64,000 bases of DNA. Origin: Candidatus Woesearchaeota archaeon. GTDB lineage: Archaea; Nanobdellota; Nanobdellia; SCGC-AAA011-G17; UBA489. Position 1 is the first letter of the stretch; every line of letters begins with the position of its first letter. The DNA lies in NCBI GenBank assembly GCA_964367375.1, contig CAYIXG010000001.1:148254-212253 (forward strand). Direction: 5' to 3'. The translations under genes were made by a program, and so were the position numbers. This document shows positions 60,087 to 64,000 of this stretch, one piece after another. The notes beneath the pieces were generated by a model, which made no database searches, was not told the DNA's origin, and saw nothing but the letters and a program-made list of their open reading frames with translations.

Positions 60087-60222
60087 AGGTATTATGAATG
60101 AGGAGAGTTTAAATGGTTTTTATCACTTGAATATAGATGTTGAAAATGAATGAAAGAAAAAAGAGAACTATTCCTAATAATAATAAGGCAATGTTTATAA
60201 AAAGGAGTTTTCTATCTGAAAT

Positions 60223-61236
60223 ATGCAGCGTTTAAAAGCAGCAGTGATTGGTTTAGGGCGTCAAGCAATAGAAGATCATATCCCTGGCTTGAAGGATTCT
60301 CAATTTGGTCAATTAGAGGCAGTCTGCGATCTTGATGAAAGAAAGGTTGCAGAATGGAGTGAGAAGACAGGCGTGCGGGGATTTAAGGATTATAATGAAC
60401 TATTTGATAGTGTAGAACTTGATTTTATTGTAGCTGTAACGCCTCATAATGTGTATCCTGGAATTATTGAAGAGGCAGCGAAGAGACGTTTGCATGTGTT
60501 GAAAGAGAAACCATTTGCACGAAATTTGCAGGAAGCTTCTCATTTTAGAAGTATATGTGAGAAGAATGGTATTCAAGTAATGACGACATTGCAAAGGAGG
60601 TTTAATCCGGTGTATAGCACATTTTTTCAGCTTATAGATCAAATTGGAAATCCCTTTTTTGTGGATATTAAATACACTCTTTTTGTAGAAAATCCTCATG
60701 AAGGATGGAGAGCAAGCAAAGAAAAAGCAGGTGGGGGGTGTATTATTGATATGGGATATCATATGGTTGATATGATTATATGGTATTTTGGTCTTCCTGA
60801 TAAAGTCCATGCAGAATGCTCGTCGCTGGCAAAATCAGATGAAAAATATGACGCAGAAGATACTGCAAGCATTCTCTTTTCGTATGATACAGGATTGCAT
60901 GGTTCGCTATTAGTATCGCGATCTCTGCCTCCGAAAACAGAACAAATGAGGGTTGTGGGAAGTAGAGGTATTATTGAGGTTGAAAGAGGTCATATTCGAA
61001 AGTTGAGAAGTAATGGAGAAGTAGCTGAATCATTAACAAGAGAGCACGCGTGGCCTGTTGCTGCAGCAAACCAAATTGATTATTTTTGTAGAGTAATCAA
61101 AGGAGAAAGAGAAAATATAGGTGGTCCTCAGTATCACATGCAGCACGTGAGTTTTGTAGATGCATGTTATCAATCAAAGGCAGAAGGAAGATATGTCAAT
61201 CCAAAGGAGTTGTTAGCACGATGCCAAACGTCTTAG
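60223..61236 (+). CDS. Gfo/Idh/MocA-family NAD(P)-dependent oxidoreductase (inositol/sugar dehydrogenase-like)
   Basis: N-terminal Rossmann fold KAAVIGLGRQAIEDH. C-terminal alpha/beta dimerisation domain. Confidence 0.7.
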   Translation: MQRLKAAVIGLGRQAIEDHIPGLKDSQFGQLEAVCDLDERKVAEWSEKTGVRGFKDYNELFDSVELDFIVAVTPHNVYPGIIEEAAKRRLHVLKEKPFARNLQEASHFRSICEKNGIQVMTTLQRRFNPVYSTFFQLIDQIGNPFFVDIKYTLFVENPHEGWRASKEKAGGGCIIDMGYHMVDMIIWYFGLPDKVHAECSSLAKSDEKYDAEDTASILFSYDTGLHGSLLVSRSLPPKTEQMRVVGSRGIIEVERGHIRKLRSNGEVAESLTREHAWPVAAANQIDYFCRVIKGERENIGGPQYHMQHVSFVDACYQSKAEGRYVNPKELLARCQTS

Positions 61237-62471
61237 CAATTCATGGTGGTGAAAAAAGAGTATCGATAGAGAGACCGCATTATGTGTGGCCACCAATAAC
61301 GGAAAGAACAAGAGAAGCAGTGTTGAGGCAACTTGAGGAAAGCATTTCTATTTATGACAGGTCTGGAATTATAGAAAGGTTAGAAAACCGATGTGCTGAG
61401 TATCATGGAAAAAAACATGCACTTCTGACAAGTTCTGGGACTGCGGGATTACATAGCATGTTTGTTGGTGCTGATGTGAAGGAAGGTGATGAGGTAATTT
61501 GTCCTGCATATACTTTTTATGCAACAGTCACTCCTTTATTTTTTACAGGAGCTGTTCCGGTACTCGCTGATTGTACAGAGGAAGGAAATATTGATCCGAA
61601 AGATATTGAGAAAAAAATCACCGGTCGTACAAAAGCAATAGTGGTGACGCATATGTGGGGGATACCAGGAGATATGGAAGCAATAAAAAAAATTGCAAAG
61701 GAGTATCATCTTCTATTGTTTGAGGATGGGTCACATGCGCATGGGGCTCTTTATAAAGGAGAAAAAGTAGGAACATGTGGCGATGCTGCTGTATTGAGTT
61801 TACAAGGACAAAAAACAATAACTGGAGGAGAAGGTGGAATATTAGTAACAGATAATGATGAACTCTTTTACAGGGCATTGTTATTTGGTCATTATAATAA
61901 GAGATGCAAAAGAGAAATACCTGTTGATCATCCTCTTCATCTATTTGCTGTCACGGGAATGGGATTGAAGTTACGAATTCATCCTCTTGCAGCTGCCATT
62001 GCAGATGAGCAGTTTGACAACCTGGAAAGTGTTTTGGAAGGACGAAGAAAAACTGCTGGAAGGATGAGAAATGCATTGCAAGGAGTGGCAGGAATTTCAG
62101 TTCCGAAAGTAGGTGAAGGCAAAAGCCCCAGTTGGTATGGGTTTGTCATGCAGTATAATGCAGAAGAGTTAGGGGGGCTTTCTATTGAAAGATTTTTTGA
62201 AGCAGTAGTTGCTGAAGGGTGTAAAGAGTTAGATAGGCCGGGATCAACATGTCCGTTAAATCTGCATCCTCTTTTTCAAACGCCAGAAGCGGTATTTCCT
62301 CAGTATAAGGGAAGAGTAAGGTACAAAAAGGGAGATTTTCCAAGAGCTGAGGAATTTCATGCTCGTTCCTTGAAGTTACCGGTATGGCACGACCCAAATG
62401 ATAATGAAATTGTTGAAGGATATATTGAAGCATTGAAAAAAGTAAGTAAGCATCACGGTGATCTTTTATGA
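61221..62471 (+). CDS. DegT/DnrJ/EryC1/StrS-family PLP-dependent aminotransferase
   Basis: PLP-lysine context SLQGQKTITGGEGG. Start at MPNVLAIHGG overlaps the oxidoreductase stop. Confidence 0.75.
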   Translation: MPNVLAIHGGEKRVSIERPHYVWPPITERTREAVLRQLEESISIYDRSGIIERLENRCAEYHGKKHALLTSSGTAGLHSMFVGADVKEGDEVICPAYTFYATVTPLFFTGAVPVLADCTEEGNIDPKDIEKKITGRTKAIVVTHMWGIPGDMEAIKKIAKEYHLLLFEDGSHAHGALYKGEKVGTCGDAAVLSLQGQKTITGGEGGILVTDNDELFYRALLFGHYNKRCKREIPVDHPLHLFAVTGMGLKLRIHPLAAAIADEQFDNLESVLEGRRKTAGRMRNALQGVAGISVPKVGEGKSPSWYGFVMQYNAEELGGLSIERFFEAVVAEGCKELDRPGSTCPLNLHPLFQTPEAVFPQYKGRVRYKKGDFPRAEEFHARSLKLPVWHDPNDNEIVEGYIEALKKVSKHHGDLL

Positions 62472-63565
62472 AAACGCAGCTTCCTGTAGTTAATGTGTTT
62501 ACAGAATGGGCGCCATTGAAAGAGGTGATTATAGGTTCTTGCGTGAACTTTAATCATCTCAAAATTGATACAACTTTCAGGTTTATGTATGAGAATAGGG
62601 ATGGTCATTTTAAAGACAGGAATTTTCCATGGCAAATCGACCCGAGATATGTTGCAGAGCGACAGGAGGATTTGGATAATTTGCAAGAATTATTAGAGAA
62701 AGAAGGAGTTGTTGTGAGAAGGCCTGAGCGTCTCGATGATGTCACAGAGATTAAAACTCCTTTTTTTGATGCATATACCACAGCATGCGATTCGCCAAGG
62801 GACATGTTTCTTTGTATTGGCGATGAGATTATAGAAACGCCTCCAACAAATACGAAGAGGTTCTTTGAAGGATATTTGTTAAGAGAAATATTTATGGAAT
62901 ATTTCAGAAGAGGAGCACGATGGACAGTTGCTCCGCGGTCAACAGTAGATCAAAAAAGGTTGGATCTCTCATATTGGAAAGATAATGTAGGAAAACCAGT
63001 AGATAAAATGGAAGATATAGAACCAGTTTTTGAAATTGCGATTGATGCTGCAAACTGCTTAAAATTTGGAAAAGATGTGGTAGTAAATGTGGGGACAAAA
63101 AATCAGGAGTTAGGGGCATATTGGTTGCAAAGGCATCTGGAAGGAAGATTGAGAGTGCATATGGTAAGAATGGCGGACAGCCATTTAGATGGTCATCTCG
63201 TTCCTATTGCTCCGGGGAGATTATTAGTAAATGAAGGTGCAATGCACGGGCTCTATGATTGTTTACCTGCACCTCTGAAAAAGTGGGATATTGTTCCTAT
63301 TCTTGATAAGAGCACAAATTTTGATTATCCTAATGATCATTTGCAGATGGCAACAAATGTGGGAATGAGTGTGAACGTATTATCTCTCGATGAAAGAAGA
63401 ATTCTCATTAGGAATACTGCAACGTTAACTATTGAGGCTTTAAAGAAAGCAGGTTTTGAGCCAATTCCTGTACAGTTAAGGCATAGTGAGCTTTTTGGTG
63501 GGGGCATTCATTGTACAACTGTTGATGTGAGAAGAGATGAAGCAATAGATGATTTTTTTAGTTGA
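62468..63565 (+). CDS. amidinotransferase-family enzyme (AGAT/StrB1-like)
   Basis: C-terminal catalytic motif GGGIHCTTVDVRRD (compare HC.T.DVRR of glycine/inosamine-phosphate amidinotransferases). Confidence 0.6.
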   Translation: MKTQLPVVNVFTEWAPLKEVIIGSCVNFNHLKIDTTFRFMYENRDGHFKDRNFPWQIDPRYVAERQEDLDNLQELLEKEGVVVRRPERLDDVTEIKTPFFDAYTTACDSPRDMFLCIGDEIIETPPTNTKRFFEGYLLREIFMEYFRRGARWTVAPRSTVDQKRLDLSYWKDNVGKPVDKMEDIEPVFEIAIDAANCLKFGKDVVVNVGTKNQELGAYWLQRHLEGRLRVHMVRMADSHLDGHLVPIAPGRLLVNEGAMHGLYDCLPAPLKKWDIVPILDKSTNFDYPNDHLQMATNVGMSVNVLSLDERRILIRNTATLTIEALKKAGFEPIPVQLRHSELFGGGIHCTTVDVRRDEAIDDFFS

Positions 63566-63566
63566 A

Positions 63567-64000
63567 TATGAAAATTGTTTCTTTTGAAGGAATTGATGGT
63601 GCTGGTAAAACAACGCAAACGAGACTGCAATACGATCGTTTAGAACAAGAAGGTCTATCTGTTGGTGTATATTCGTATAGTAATAAAAATAATAGATGGG
63701 GAAGGATCATTAGAAGAATGTATACATTGGATGCGCCGACACCGTTTGACTGGTTTTTTCGGAGGAGAGGAGTGCAAGAGGTATTATACTCCCTTTCTGC
63801 TCGACATAATTTGAAAGAATCTGGTTTATCTGGAAGAGACGTTGTTATATCAGATAGAAGTATTGTGACTGCATATGCAAGCCATATAGATCAAGTGCCA
63901 GAATGGTTCATATCTTTTGTGGAGCCTTCTTTCGTGCCTAATTTAGTTGTTTTTTTAGATGTTCAACCTCAAGTAGGTTTAGAGAGAATAAGCGGAAGGG
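63567..64000 (+). CDS. tmk: thymidylate kinase (3' end outside window)
   Basis: MKIVSFEGIDGAGKTTQ P-loop, ISDRSIVT, VVFLDV. Confidence 0.8.

Noticed and set aside
60223-62471. WbpB/WbpE-type UDP-GlcNAcA 3-amino sugar pathway
   Set aside because: No UDP-GlcNAc 6-dehydrogenase, acetyltransferase or glycosyltransferase genes are adjacent. An AGAT-type amidinotransferase fits the cyclitol logic better. Not excluded without profile searches.
1-64000. CRISPR arrays, IS elements, rRNA genes
   Set aside because: No regularly spaced direct repeats, no transposase-like ORFs and no rRNA-like segments were seen on reading the sequence.

Overview
The 64 kb window reads as archaeal chromosome, about 42% GC and gene-dense on both strands. 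Archaeal hallmarks are GatD/GatE, an archaeal-type ProRS ending in Tyr, an ATP-dependent DNA ligase, FtsZ, NucS/EndoMS, three TrmB-family regulators, and an intron-containing tRNA. Housekeeping genes include proS, asnS, aspS, argS, ksgA, pyrB, pyrG, ftsZ, lig, gatDE, M24 and M16 peptidases, an ABC-2 exporter, a nitroreductase, and a NirK-like copper protein. The final stretch (53.1-64.0 kb) is the notable part: a dense pyrimidine (deoxy)nucleotide island (pyrG, dut, an unusually long tandem ThyX-like protein, a ParB/sulfiredoxin-like protein, a divergent Tmk-like P-loop kinase, a HAD phosphatase, dcd, tmk) is interleaved with an oxidoreductase/aminotransferase/amidinotransferase trio that mirrors the StrI/StsC/StrB1 logic of amidino-aminocyclitol (streptidine-like) biosynthesis. 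Two tandem about 640-aa APH/choline-kinase-fold paralogs plus an HExxH protein lie immediately upstream (48.2-53.1 kb). Together this looks like an undescribed small-molecule or modified-nucleotide pathway. Other items worth a second look are a four-gene MoxR-AAA+/VWA (NorQ/NorD-like) operon, two duplicated TrmB plus orphan LivJ-like binding-protein modules, a MazF/PemK toxin pair, a bcp peroxiredoxin interrupted by a single in-frame TAG, a tRNA-Arg(UCG) that seems to carry two introns (one in the D-loop), and an AT-rich island abutting that tRNA. No CRISPR array, integrase or transposase was found.
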